The notes under the pieces were generated by a model that saw only the letters and a list, made by a program, of their open reading frames with translations, had not been told where the DNA came from and searched no databases. The position numbers and the translations under genes were made by a program. A stretch of DNA of 64,000 nucleotides from NCBI RefSeq assembly GCF_009914755.1, contig NC_060926.1, one strand, 5' to 3'. Shown here piece by piece: positions 46,197 to 57,239 of this stretch (positions are counted from its first letter, which is position 1; the number at the start of each line of letters is the position of its first letter). The DNA is from the human T2T-CHM13v2.0 reference genome, Homo sapiens.

Positions 46197-46704
46197 CAGG
46201 AAGTGGGCATGTGAAGCCTCCCAACTGGAAGTGGGCTTTTGAGGGATCCCAACAGGAAGTGAGTGTGGGAAGCATCCCAACAGGAAGTGGGCGTGTGGAG
46301 CCTTCCCAACAGGAAGTGGACGTGGGAAGCCTCCCAACAGGAAGTGAGTGTGTGAAGCATACCAACAGGAAGCGGGCCTGTGAAGCCTCCCAACAGGAAG
46401 TAGGCACGTGAAGCCTCCCAACAGGAGGTGGGTGTGTGAGGCCTCCCAATAGGAAGTGGGCATGGGAAGCCTCCCAACAGGAAGTGGGTGTGTGAAGTCT
46501 TCCCAACAGGAAGTGAGTGTGTGAAGCATCCCAGTAGGAAGCGGGCCTGTGAAGCCTCCCAACAGGAAGTAGGCACGTGAAGCCTCCCAACAGGAGGTGG
46601 GTGTGTGAGGCCTCCCAACAGGAAGTGGGCATGTGAGGCCTCCCAACAGGAAGTGGCATGTGAGGCCTTCCAACAGGAAGTGGGCGTGTGAAGCCTCCCA
46701 ACAG
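46197..46704. repeat. Minisatellite, 28-bp unit CAGGAAGTGGGCGTGTGAAGCCTCCCAA, 18 copies
   Basis: Copies counted directly. Confidence 0.95.
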
Positions 46705-47213
46705 CACCTGCGACCTGGAGGCCATCAGCACAGGGTCACCAGCCACATGGAAGTGGATGAGGAGGAGAGGGAGAAGAAAGGATGTTGAAAATGCTCAGTG
46801 GCATTACGGGAGCATTTCTGCAGATGTGTTTCCAGTCTGGAGTTTTTAGTGGGATTTCATGAGGTAAAAGGGATGAGGCTGTCCTATGAGGTCAAGATCT
46901 ATGTGAAGCACCGACATATTTAAGGTTGTCCACAGGCATGGCCGGGGTGGGGTGGCTCAGAGGGCCAGGAGGGAGCACCAGTGGTGGAGGTGGACCAGCC
47001 ATGCCAGATAGAAATGTCCTCAGGTGAAATAGGAAGGCATTTATGTTGGATCTCAGGCCATGGGAACTTTCAAACTTTCTAAATCCAGTCTTCAAAACCC
47101 ATTCAAGCTACATCAGGTGTCTTAGGGAGCTGTGCAGAACTGTAATCCTCCAGGTAGGCAATGACGGGCATGGAAAGTGACTGAAGAAATGAGGAGGAAA
47201 GATCAGAGGGAGC

Positions 47214-47985
47214 GATGAAGTGGGGCAGGAACCTACCCAAACTGTGGGTAGGCTTTATGTAGAGGAGAGAGCAAGGTGGGCTACGCCTGGCCTGGGAGGA
47301 TGAAGTGAGGTAGGAACCTGCCGAAATTGTGGGCAGTCTCTGTGTAGAGGAGAGTGCGAGGTGGGATATGCCTGGCCTAGGAGGATGAAGTGAGGTAGGA
47401 ACCTGCCCAAACTGTGGGCAGTCTCTGTGTAGACGAGAGGGCGGGGTGGGATATGCCTGGCCTAGGAGGATGAAGTGAGGTAGGAACCTGCCCAAACTGT
47501 GGGCAGTCTCTGTGTAGAGGAGAGGGCGAGGTGGGATATGCCTGGCCTAGGAGTATGAAGTGAGGTAGGAACCTGCCCAAACTGTGGGCAGTCTCTGTGT
47601 AGACGAGAGGGCGGGGTGGGATATGCCTGGCCTAGGAGGATGAAGTGAGGTAGGAACCTGCCCAAACTGTGGGCAGTCTCTGTGTAGAGGAGAGGGCGAG
47701 GTGGGATATGCCTGGCCTAGGAGGATGAAGTGAGATAGGAACCTGCCCAAACTGTGGGCAGTCTCTGTGTAGAGGAGAGGGCGAGGTGGGATACACCTGC
47801 CCTAGGAGGATGAAGTAAGGCAGGAACCTGCTCAAATTTTGGACAGTCTCCATGTAGAGGGGAGGGTGAGATGGGGATATACCTGGCCTAGGAGGATGAA
47901 GTGAGGTAGGAACTTGCCCAAACTGTTGGCAGGCTCTGTGTAGAGGAGAGGGCGGGTGGGCTATACCTGGCCTCGGAGGAGGAGG
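47214..47985. repeat. Minisatellite, 85-bp G-rich unit, about 9 copies
   Basis: Unit GATGAAGTGAGGTAGGAACCTGCCCAAACTGTGGGCAGTCTCTGTGTAG...GCCTGGCCTAGGAG. The ORF track shows the same 85-nt period. Confidence 0.95.
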
Positions 47986-48685
47986 ATACAGCAGAGGAGG
48001 GTTATGCATTATGGGAAGACACAGATGCAGGTGCAGTGAATTCTGACACACACAGCTTTGCAGCATCTAGACTTTTAGTGTCTCAATCAGATTTAAACAA
48101 TGGCAAATACATTGTGCACAAAAAGCTGATTTTAGATGCTGTGTTGAAACGTAGGGGATTGTATGTGAGGTGACTGAAACAGTTTGTATAATTTGAAACT
48201 CCAGCACAGAGCTAAGTTCCATCCTTTTGAAGTGATAGCCACTAATTTCCTGAGAACTAAAGCATCATTTAAATATTTAAATTAGTATTTGTGGTTTGTT
48301 TTGCCACAGTTAATCCATGTTTTGCCAGTGACTGAACACAGGCTGTTTGTAGTAACAAACTGATTTCTCCGAGGGTATTATTTTCTGGTAGATTGCATTC
48401 ATAGGGATGCAGAGAGCATCCCTGTGATGTGTTGTGGATGATACGGGCAGACCCCTGCTCACTCATGCACTTGTTTACGCAGATAGAGTGTGGGGGGTAG
48501 GTGGTCTCGGAGGTGATAACCACTCTTCTTTACTCCAGCTGAAGCCCACAAAGTTTTCCGTGTTTCAGAGGTAACTATGAACTTTGAATTCTTGGGAAAC
48601 AGGAGAGGTAGAGAGATTTTATTTTTTAATTCTGTGTCTGGTTCTTTTGTGGTGGTAAAAGTAGCTATTTTTGTCATATTGACAG

Positions 48686-48773
48686 GTGCATCTGCTGAGA
48701 AATGCTGGCGATGAAGTTACCATCACCGTTGAGTATCTCAGGGAAGCGCCGGCATTTCTGAAGCTCCCGTTAG
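48686..48773 (+). CDS. SNTG2: Gamma-2-syntrophin internal coding exon (88 bp), PDZ end: VHLLRNAGDEVTITVEYLREAPAFLKLPL(G)
   Basis: Acceptor attgacag ends at 48685 and donor gtaagt starts at 48774. Continues the PDZ alphaB/betaF sequence in frame. Confidence 0.96.
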
Positions 48774-49728
48774 GTAAGTGGGAAGAGGAGAAATGCCAGG
48801 GTGCTGGAGAAATTCCTTTCTTGCCACATTATTTATCCAAATGCTACCACATGGACTGGGATATTAATCATTTGCTGAGTGTACATTCAGAGAGAAGAAA
48901 AGTATAGGCAGGCACCGTGGCATCATGTAGTCCCATGACGTTGTATGTTTTAACACATCCACGGGCTTTTTTGAAGGAAGTGTTATCAGACCGTGCTTCT
49001 CGACTGTGCTTCTCGTCACTTAACTACATGCTCGTTCCTTCATGCAAACTCACCATGATTGTATTTATCTATATGTTAACGTAGAAGCAAAGTTTACACG
49101 TAAAATACCTATGTTGATCTGAGAAATTTTCAGTGCAAAAAATGAAAATAATGGTACATTTATGCTATGAAGTCCCTGACATATTTTGGCACAAAGCTTG
49201 TAATCCTCTATTATACTTGAATTGTGACCCAATATGAAAGTGATGAACCCTAAATCTAGAAAAATGTTTTAGTGAAGATAGTTGTTGTAACTTTTACTAA
49301 TGTTATTCAGCTGTCATGGCTTTATAAAGGTTGGAGTCACCACCGTTCCTTTGATTTAGCAGAGGGCATCACTGCCCTCTCTTTGTGGGTAATCGGGAAA
49401 GGCCTCGAAGGCAAGGCCCAGGCTCCCCTGAAGTCAACATCTGCTGGTGGCTCAAACCCCAGGGCATCCGATGTGGAATGAGGACCTCCCGCTGAGCCGA
49501 CAGTCGGGTTCCTTCTCATGGGGGCTGGTGGGCTGTCCTTCCTGTCACTCTCTCATGGGAAGGAACAGCTTCCCTCCCTGGGGGTTCATATTGACTGTTT
49601 TACTTTCTCTCTCTCTTCCATTGATGTCCCTATTGTCAATGCCTTCCTTCTCTCCTGCCCCGAGTGGCCCGGCTGTAGCTCTCAGGCACATCAGTAGTTG
49701 AGTTCTGATCATGCATTGGGTTTTTCAC

Positions 49729-51682
49729 TGATACAGGAGGGGGGCAGGGAAGTGCTGGGAGGAGAAGGGCGGGTCCCTGGCGAGGGCTGCACCCCCAGGC
49801 CTGTGCCCATGGACCTAAGTGAGGACAGGCACTCCTGTTCTTGCACCCAAATGTTGCGTTTTCCAGTACCACCCTGGCCTACCACGCCCCCATCCTATGC
49901 CTATAACAACCCCAAGACCCTAGTGGGCAGAGACACAAGTGGCCGGATGTGGAGAAGAGCAGAGGAGCGGAAGAGTATGCTGACAGGCACCAGCAGACAC
50001 TGGCAGGCTATCGACTGGCAGAATGATGTGGAGTTTGGCTGGGGTGGTTGGACGAGACTCCAGGAGAAAACCACCTTGCCACTCCATGCCCCTTCTGGCT
50101 CTCCATCCATCTTCTGAGAGCTACCAACACTCCATAAAACCTTGTGCCAACCCTCCAAGCTCACGTGGGATCTGATTCTTCTGGTATGCTAAGGCAAGAA
50201 CCCCGGGATACAGAAAGCCTTCTGTCCTTGCGATAAGGCAGAGGGTCTAATTGAGCTGATTAACATAGGCCACCCACAGACAGCAGAACTGAAGCCTACA
50301 AGCCACCCACGGATGGCAGAACTGAAACCTACAGGCCGCCCACAGATGGCGGAACTGAAGCCTACAAGCCACCCACAGACGACAGAACTGAAACCAACAA
50401 GCCGCCCACAGACGGCAGAACTGAAGCCTAGAAGCCACCCACAGACGGCAGAACTGAAGCCTATAGGCCGCCCACAGACGGCAGAACTGAAGCCTACAGG
50501 CCGCCCACGGATGGCAGAACTGAAACCTACAGGCCGCCCACAGACGGCAGAACTGAAGCCTAGAAGCCGCCCACAGACGTCAGAACTGAAGCCTACAAGC
50601 CGCCCACAGACGGCAGAACTGAAGCCTAGAAGCCGCCCACAGACGGCAGAACTGAAACCTACAGGCCGCCCACAGACGGCAGAACTGAAACCTACAGGCC
50701 GCCCACAGACGGCAGAACTGAAGCCTAGAAGCCGCCCACAGACGGCAGAACTGAAGCCTACAAGCCGCCCACAGACGGCAGAACTGAAGCCTAGAAGCCG
50801 CCCACAGACGGCAGAACTGAAGCCTAGAAGCCGCCCACAGACGGCAGAACTGAAGCCTAGAAGCCGCCCACAGACGGCAGAACTGAAGCCTAGAAGCCGC
50901 CCACAGACGGCAGAACTGAAGCCTACAGGCCGCCCACAGACGGCAGAACTGAAGCCTACAGGCCGCCCACAGACGGCAGAACTGAAGCCTACAGGCCGCC
51001 CACAGACGGCAGAACTGAAACCTACAGGCCGCCCACAGACGGCAGAACTGAAGCCTAGAAGCCGCCCACAGACGGCAGAACTGAAGCCTACAAGCCGCCC
51101 ACAGACGGCAGAACTGAAGCCTACAGGCCGCCCACAGACGGCAGAACTGAAGCCTAGAAGCCGCCCACAGACGGCAGAACTGAAACCTACAGGCCGCCCA
51201 CAGACGGCAGAACTGAAACCTACAGGCTGCCCACAGACGGCAGTACTGAAGCCTACAGGCCGCCCACAGACGGCAGAACTGAAACCTACAAGCCGCCCAC
51301 AGATGGCAGAACTGAAGCCTAGAAGCTGCCCACAGACGGCAGAACTGAAGCCTACAGGCCGCCCACAGACGGCAGAACTGAAGCCTACAGGCCGCCCACA
51401 GACGGCAGAACTGAAGCCTAGAAGCCGCCCACAGACGGCAGAACTGAAGCCTACAGGCCGCCCACAGACGGCAGAACTAACAGAGCGCCCTGGAACACAC
51501 TCCCACTAGGGCTTCAGGAGCTGGAAACATCCACCCCTAGATGCTGCCAGGGGTCAGAGCCCCAAAGCCGGCCCATCTCTATGGCACCCCCGCCAGAGGT
51601 TTGAGTAGTGGGGCACCGAAGAAGCGAGCCACTCCCCCATCACAAGCCCTGCAAGGGGAACAAGTGAACTTTTCCTGTTTCA
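49729..51682 (+). mobile_element. ERV1-class solo LTR (LTR1-family-like) containing an internal VNTR
   Basis: Start TGATACAGGAGGGGGGCAGGGAAGTGCTGGG, TATA-like CCTATAAC near 49900, end TTTTCCTGTTTCA. No clean TSD seen. Subfamily from memory. Confidence 0.8.
50266..51479. repeat. VNTR, 33-bp unit ACAGGCCGCCCACAGACGGCAGAACTGAAGCCT, about 37 highly homogeneous copies
   Basis: Direct periodicity, mirrored by the 11-aa repeat in ORF 50313-51509. Confidence 0.97.
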
Positions 51683-53354
51683 GCATTTGATCAAAAGCAT
51701 CATTAGACTCATAGCATGACTTCTGCTTTCATCTTCCTGAGCAACCAGGAACAAATCCATTTCAGCAACTCCATTTTTCCCATCGATCACAGCAGGATAA
51801 CTATGCTATTCACAATCTTAGGAAAATCGATCTTCCTGCCATTGTAGCAAACCTGGATCAGTAAGATTCACTGCATGCCTTGCCATCCTCAGAGACCACT
51901 CCCTCTGCTAGAAGGAGCCACGGGAGCATGAATGAAGACCTAGAGGGTTCTTGAGGAAAAAGAGTAAGGGGTGCTGAGGGGCTGTGCATGAGAAAGGCGG
52001 ATATTCCCAGGGCCGTAGAGGCAGAACATGTTAGCAATGGGGCAAAAGTTTAAGGGAGCGAAATGTCACACGCGGCACAGTGGTGCACCCCTGGGGTTTT
52101 GAGAAACGTTGCTGTGAGTTGGGAAGGGGGTGGACTTGAGGGCTGCACAGAAGTTCTTGGAGCCAGCAGGGAGACTCAGGTGTCAGACGCACATCAGGAG
52201 GCCCAGCAGTGAGCTCGGATGGGGGAGGAGGACTCACTTGTGAGGGGGCAGCGTGAGTGTCTGCAGATTCTGCAGCAGCTGTGACCATACAGGCTCACGA
52301 AGGAAGAAACTAAGACTTTTCATAGATTTTTGCCAGAAAGAAAAGAAGAGAAGATAGTGGCTTGGACAGGAGGAGGTGGCATTGATAAAGGAGGAGACAG
52401 ACAGAAAGCAGGGGGTGCTTTCGGATGTTGCTAAGTGGGGGTGGGAGGCAGAGGACACTCACCCTGGGGCCGTTCCTGACTTCTCTCTCAGGCAAGGTGA
52501 CTTCACAGGCCGAGTGAGATGGGTGCTGCGTCTAAGCCAGCTTCCCTGGGTGCCTTTGAAGGAGCAGAATTTAAGCAACAGCAGCAGCAACACTGCAACA
52601 CCAGATGGCAGAGGAAGTGCCCCAGGTGGAGGTTTTCACCGTGAGCCCCTGCCTAGAGCCCCATAGCACTGAGCCTGTGTTTCCCTCTGAGGATGGGCAG
52701 CTCTTGCAATTCTAGTGCCTGAGCCCGTGGGGCCGGAGGCTGTCTCTGTTGAGATTCACATCCTGACTTCTGTCCGTGGGCTCCACTAAAACCTGCAGGC
52801 TCCGGGGTCCATTGCCAGTCACATAGTGACTTCAATGAGCGTTGCTGCCGGCATCCTGAGCGGGGCTGTGCTGACTCTGATGGCTCTGCCTGGACAGGCC
52901 CAGCTACACGGACCACCGCACACGTCCTCGGGCACATGCAGGAAAGGGCAGCCTGGGGTGCAGATCACAGAGGCCAGGGGTGCTGAGTCCCCATTAATTC
53001 AATAAGTGTCTATTCTCCTTTTATTTCATTCTTTACAGTGAAAAATGTTAAAATCTTAGTATCCATAACAATTTAAGCAAGACAGCCATAATCTCTCTAT
53101 AAATTCAGGCGAAACGTCCTCTGCTGAATTCACACCGTGAAGGTAAAATTGCTGTGCCTGAGCAGACTTCACTTTCTGACTGCATGAAGCAGAAATCCAC
53201 CGAGCAGCTCCAGTGAGTGGGGAAAGAGAGTATCACGGCAGATCTGTGCGGAAAATGTCCAGTTTCCACATTTTAAAACGTTTATCAAAGAGAAAATAAA
53301 CAACCGTTTGAGACTGAGTCAAAGTAGGGTTTTATTTTTCACAAGTCAGGCTCT

Positions 53355-54120
53355 TGGTCTTTTTATAAAGATACAATTCATGCAACAGAAAATTCACCGT
53401 TTTAAAGTAACACTTCAGCAGTTTTAAATATTTCACTACGTTGTAGAGGCATTGCTACTGTCTAATTCCAAAACATTTCCCTCATCCCAAAAATAAACCC
53501 TGTGCCAGTTAGTCAGCCCGGACTCTCCCCACCCCAGCCCTCGGCAGCCGGGAATTTCCTTCCTGTCTCTTTGTGGGTAATCAGGAAGGGCCTTGAAGGC
53601 CAGGCCCAGGCTCCCCTGAAGTCAACATCTGCTGGTGGCTCAAACCCCGTGGCATCCGACCTGGAATGAGGATCTCCGTCTGCGCCGGACGTTTTCTGTA
53701 ATGGAATCCCGCACAAAGATGCCTTTGTGTCTGGCATCTTCCCCCAGTGTAGTTTCAGAGTCCGCCCCCAATGTCGCGGGCATCGGTGCTGCATTCTCTT
53801 AGCTGAACAGCATCCGTCCTAGGGAATATATCTGTGTATACGGACCCATGTACATACCCTTTGTATGGGTTTTGTTTATCCATTCATCAGCTGATGGGCA
53901 TTTGTCTTGCTTCTGTTTGGGGGATATTGTGAATTATACCACCATGAGCATCCGTGAATGCGTTTTTCTTGGGAGATGTTTTCCTTCCCACCGAGTGGAT
54001 GCCGACTACTGGAATTGCTGGGTCCTCTGGTGACTCTAGGCTCAACTTTTTGAGTGGCTGCCAAATTATTTTCCACAGCAGCCGCACCATTTTACATTCC
54101 AACCAGCATTGCCTGAGGGT
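53355..54120 (-). mobile_element. L1MB-type 3' fragment, antisense, carrying a non-L1 insert at 53566-53690
   Basis: GATACAATTCATGCAACAGAAAATTCACCGTTTTAAAGT..., TTTATCCATTCATCAGCTGATGGGCATTTG and CACCATTTTACATTCCAACCAGCA. Confidence 0.85.
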
Positions 54121-56229
54121 AATCTAAGCAGTTTTGATAGGTTAGGGTTAATTTTTTTTAAGATTAGGTGTTTTAATAAACATTGATCATATACTACATG
54201 TTTTCTAATATGATTGTTTATTTTTGACACCTAATAAAAATAAACTAAGTCTATTTTTCTCATTAAGAATTCTTGATATTGGGTTTTAAAAAATAATGGA
54301 CTTTTATTTGTGATAGAAGAAAGATATAACTATTCACATTTCTGTTCTGGGATATGGATGACAAGATACCTATTCATCAGAAATAAATTTATAGAAATTT
54401 AGAGTGGAAGCGTGACTGTCAAATGTAAATTTATTGACTATTTACCTGTTAGCTCATTCAGTCAATGGTGGCTTGGATCTGCTGCCATTAGTCATGTGTC
54501 TCCTTTGTCTATAGCATGAACTTTGGGATTTTGGAAGACTGCAGTCATTAAAAATATTTTGATTTTCCTCTCCAATTACTGATAAGGTGATTACGGGTAT
54601 AAAATAACAGGCATTGGGAAAGAATTTCAAATAGATAACAGTGAAATGTGCTTCTGAACGCTAAAGGGCAGATTCAGGTGCTGTCTCAACAACCCTGTGA
54701 AACGCTCTGGGTGCTGTGTGGAGCAGTGGCTGGTCCACAGCAGAGTCTTCACCAGACAGTAAACAGTGGTCAATGAAAAAGAAAAGTTCTTCATCTAGTA
54801 AAATTGACAACTACCCTTTAAAAGTTAAGCAATTCTTATTTCCCCCAGAGTTCTCCAAGTTTCTCAATATCTTAATTTTCACAAAGGAATATGGTATGAA
54901 GTGTTTTCTAAAAATATGAGTCTTTGTAGATATTATACAGCTGGACAAAGGGTAACAGCGAGCCATGGTAACTCGCTGAACGTTGCACATCACATTTGCA
55001 GAGGCAGATTGGAGGTTAGAGGGTCTTGAGCCTCCAAGCCATATCGCATTCCTGTCTGCACCAAGCGAGGCTGGTGGTCACATTATGACTTTGCATATGT
55101 GGTGCCGATTGTTCTTCACTTTAATCCCAGGAAATAGACGGCACAACAGGGCATCCCAAATACAAATGCATGGAGTTGTGTCCACCAGGCTTTCTTCAGC
55201 TTCACAGGGGTCTTTCCTGCAAGAAGCCAGTGTGCAAGTTCAAGCCTCCATTCTGCAACAGCACCATGTGGTTGTGATGATTGATGGCTGGCTGGTGACA
55301 GGTCCTCCTGCTAGTGCTGTTCTCAGTGCTTCTTTCCTCTTTCCAGGCACTCAGGTGATCTAACAACAGGGCCTGCTCTCCACTCAGGGATGCATCAAAG
55401 GCTCCTTTCTCAGTGTTGGGAGGTCTCTGTTCCACCTGGCTGGGAATCTGGCATAGTCAGGCTGCTGTGTTCACAGATCTGTCTTTACGTGGCAATACCA
55501 CAAAAATGCTGGGCTAAAACACTAAGCCACATGGGAGCTGCCCACTCTTATAGTCCAGCCTGAAGATATTGGTGGGAAGGGACAATAAAGGAACAAATAC
55601 AGCCTTTCTCCCTGAGCTGTTCCCAGGACCTTGGAAACGGCATGAAAGTGCTCTATGTCCCCTGGGTAATCCATGGAGCATGAAGATCTATGAACTGGCT
55701 TGTTTCTGTTTAGCAGGTGTAAGCTCTGGTTGCATGAGCCTGTATTTCCAGGGAAATTATTTTATGAGCACCTGTTTTACCTGTAATGTGCTAAGTGCTT
55801 TGAGTGTGAGCTTTTCAATATTGTCTCTGGAAAAAACCTTTTGAGTGGCCTGGTATGATCATCTCCTTTCAAAAGAGAACACTGCAATCACAGAAGGCGC
55901 CTTGTGCTGACCATTCCAGGGGGTCATGTTGACAGGGAGGGCCTGAGCTGCTGGGGGCACACCTTCCTGATGCTGTCCCTCCACCCTGGGGAGCCCTCAC
56001 AGGAGCCGGCAGTGGTCCCTCCCTTCAACCTGAGGTCAGATCTTGGTGAGGAGACCATATCACAGCAGGAAAGTGAGAGGCCATTGGGGATGACCCAGCC
56101 CATAACTGGACACCAGGCATTTTGGTGCTGGTAACTTCCCATGCACAGGTAGAACTGAAGTCACTGCATGGTCACAGTGTGCTTTGTCAGTGGCACCAAT
56201 TGGAAGGGACTTCTCTTGTTTTGCTGCAG

Positions 56230-56321
56230 GGTACCCAGGGCCATCCAGCGACCACAGCAGTGGGGCCTCCTCTCCCCTCTTTGACAGCGGTTTGCATCTG
56301 AACGGAAACTCCAGTACCACA
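56230..56321 (+). CDS. SNTG2: Gamma-2-syntrophin internal coding exon (92 bp): (G)YPGPSSDHSSGASSPLFDSGLHLNGNSSTT
   Basis: Polypyrimidine tract plus ttgctgcag ends at 56229 and donor gtaagc starts at 56322. The phase-1 start matches the previous exon end. SSPLFDSGLHLN is characteristic of gamma-syntrophins. Confidence 0.94.
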
Positions 56322-56772
56322 GTAAGCATATAGATTTTTGTTAAATTTTATTTTAACAGAAATATCAGTAGCCCAGAGATAATCTCTAGACAGAATTAAA
56401 AAGATGCTGTACTGCCCAGTGAAGATAATTGTGTTAGTTTCAGAGGAAATACTTAGAACACAGATTGAAGGTGCTGTTCTGTTGACATTTACTCCCACGT
56501 GGGACACATCCTGATTGCATTATAGGATATTTTAAGTTCATAATTCACAGCATCTCAGTGAGCAGGCAAGAATTCTTTGAGTCCTGCCTCTGACTTACAT
56601 ATCACCGTGACTGTAGGAAGGACTGCAGGTTATTTTTAGGAAACTTCTGTGAGACTCCCATGAATTTCTTAACAGAAAACACCTAAGGAGGTATGAACAC
56701 TGTATAATGCAGTGAGTTTTAATCACATTCTAAATATCCACCCTCCCAAGAAAACCAGACTTGAGCAAAAAG

Positions 56773-56961
56773 GAGAACCTGCAGCTCCCTGGGACATGGG
56801 GCTCCCGCCCTCCTCCCTCAGAAGCCTGGGCTCTGAGAGAACCTGTAGCTCCCTGGGGCATGGGGCTCACACTCTCCTTCCTCAGAAGCCTGGGCTCTGA
56901 GAGAACCTGCAGCTCCCTGGGACACAGGGCTCACGCCCTCCTCTCTCAGAAGCCTGGGCTC
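56773..56961. repeat. 64-bp tandem repeat, three copies
   Basis: GAGAACCTGCAGCTCCCTGGG...CTCAGAAGCCTGGGCTCTGA starting at 56773, 56837 and 56901. Confidence 0.92.
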
Positions 56962-57239
56962 CAACTCCCGCAGGGTGACCTGTGAGCTGCGCCCCTTGGG
57001 GAATTCATCATCCACAGAGGCATTAGTGCACGAGAAATGTAGAATCCTGTAAGCAGTTTGAAAAAATGTTTTATTATAAATCATTCCAGTCAAATCATCA
57101 AAATGACTGGATACTTCATACACAGGGAGAACCTAGAGAAAAATATTCATGTTTGTACAATCTATGTTTAAGATGTCTGACTACTCCATTTCTAACCATT
57201 TAATTGAGCTCCTGAAATTAAAAATTGCATTTAGACTCT

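Noticed and set aside
46197-51479. Regular repeat arrays resembling CRISPR
   Set aside because: The units are head-to-tail with no unique spacers, there are no cas genes, and the DNA is primate.
50313-51509. 398-aa ORF as a bona fide gene
   Set aside because: It is entirely a 33-bp tandem repeat, and the open frame follows from the unit length. Kept only as a hypothesis in findings.
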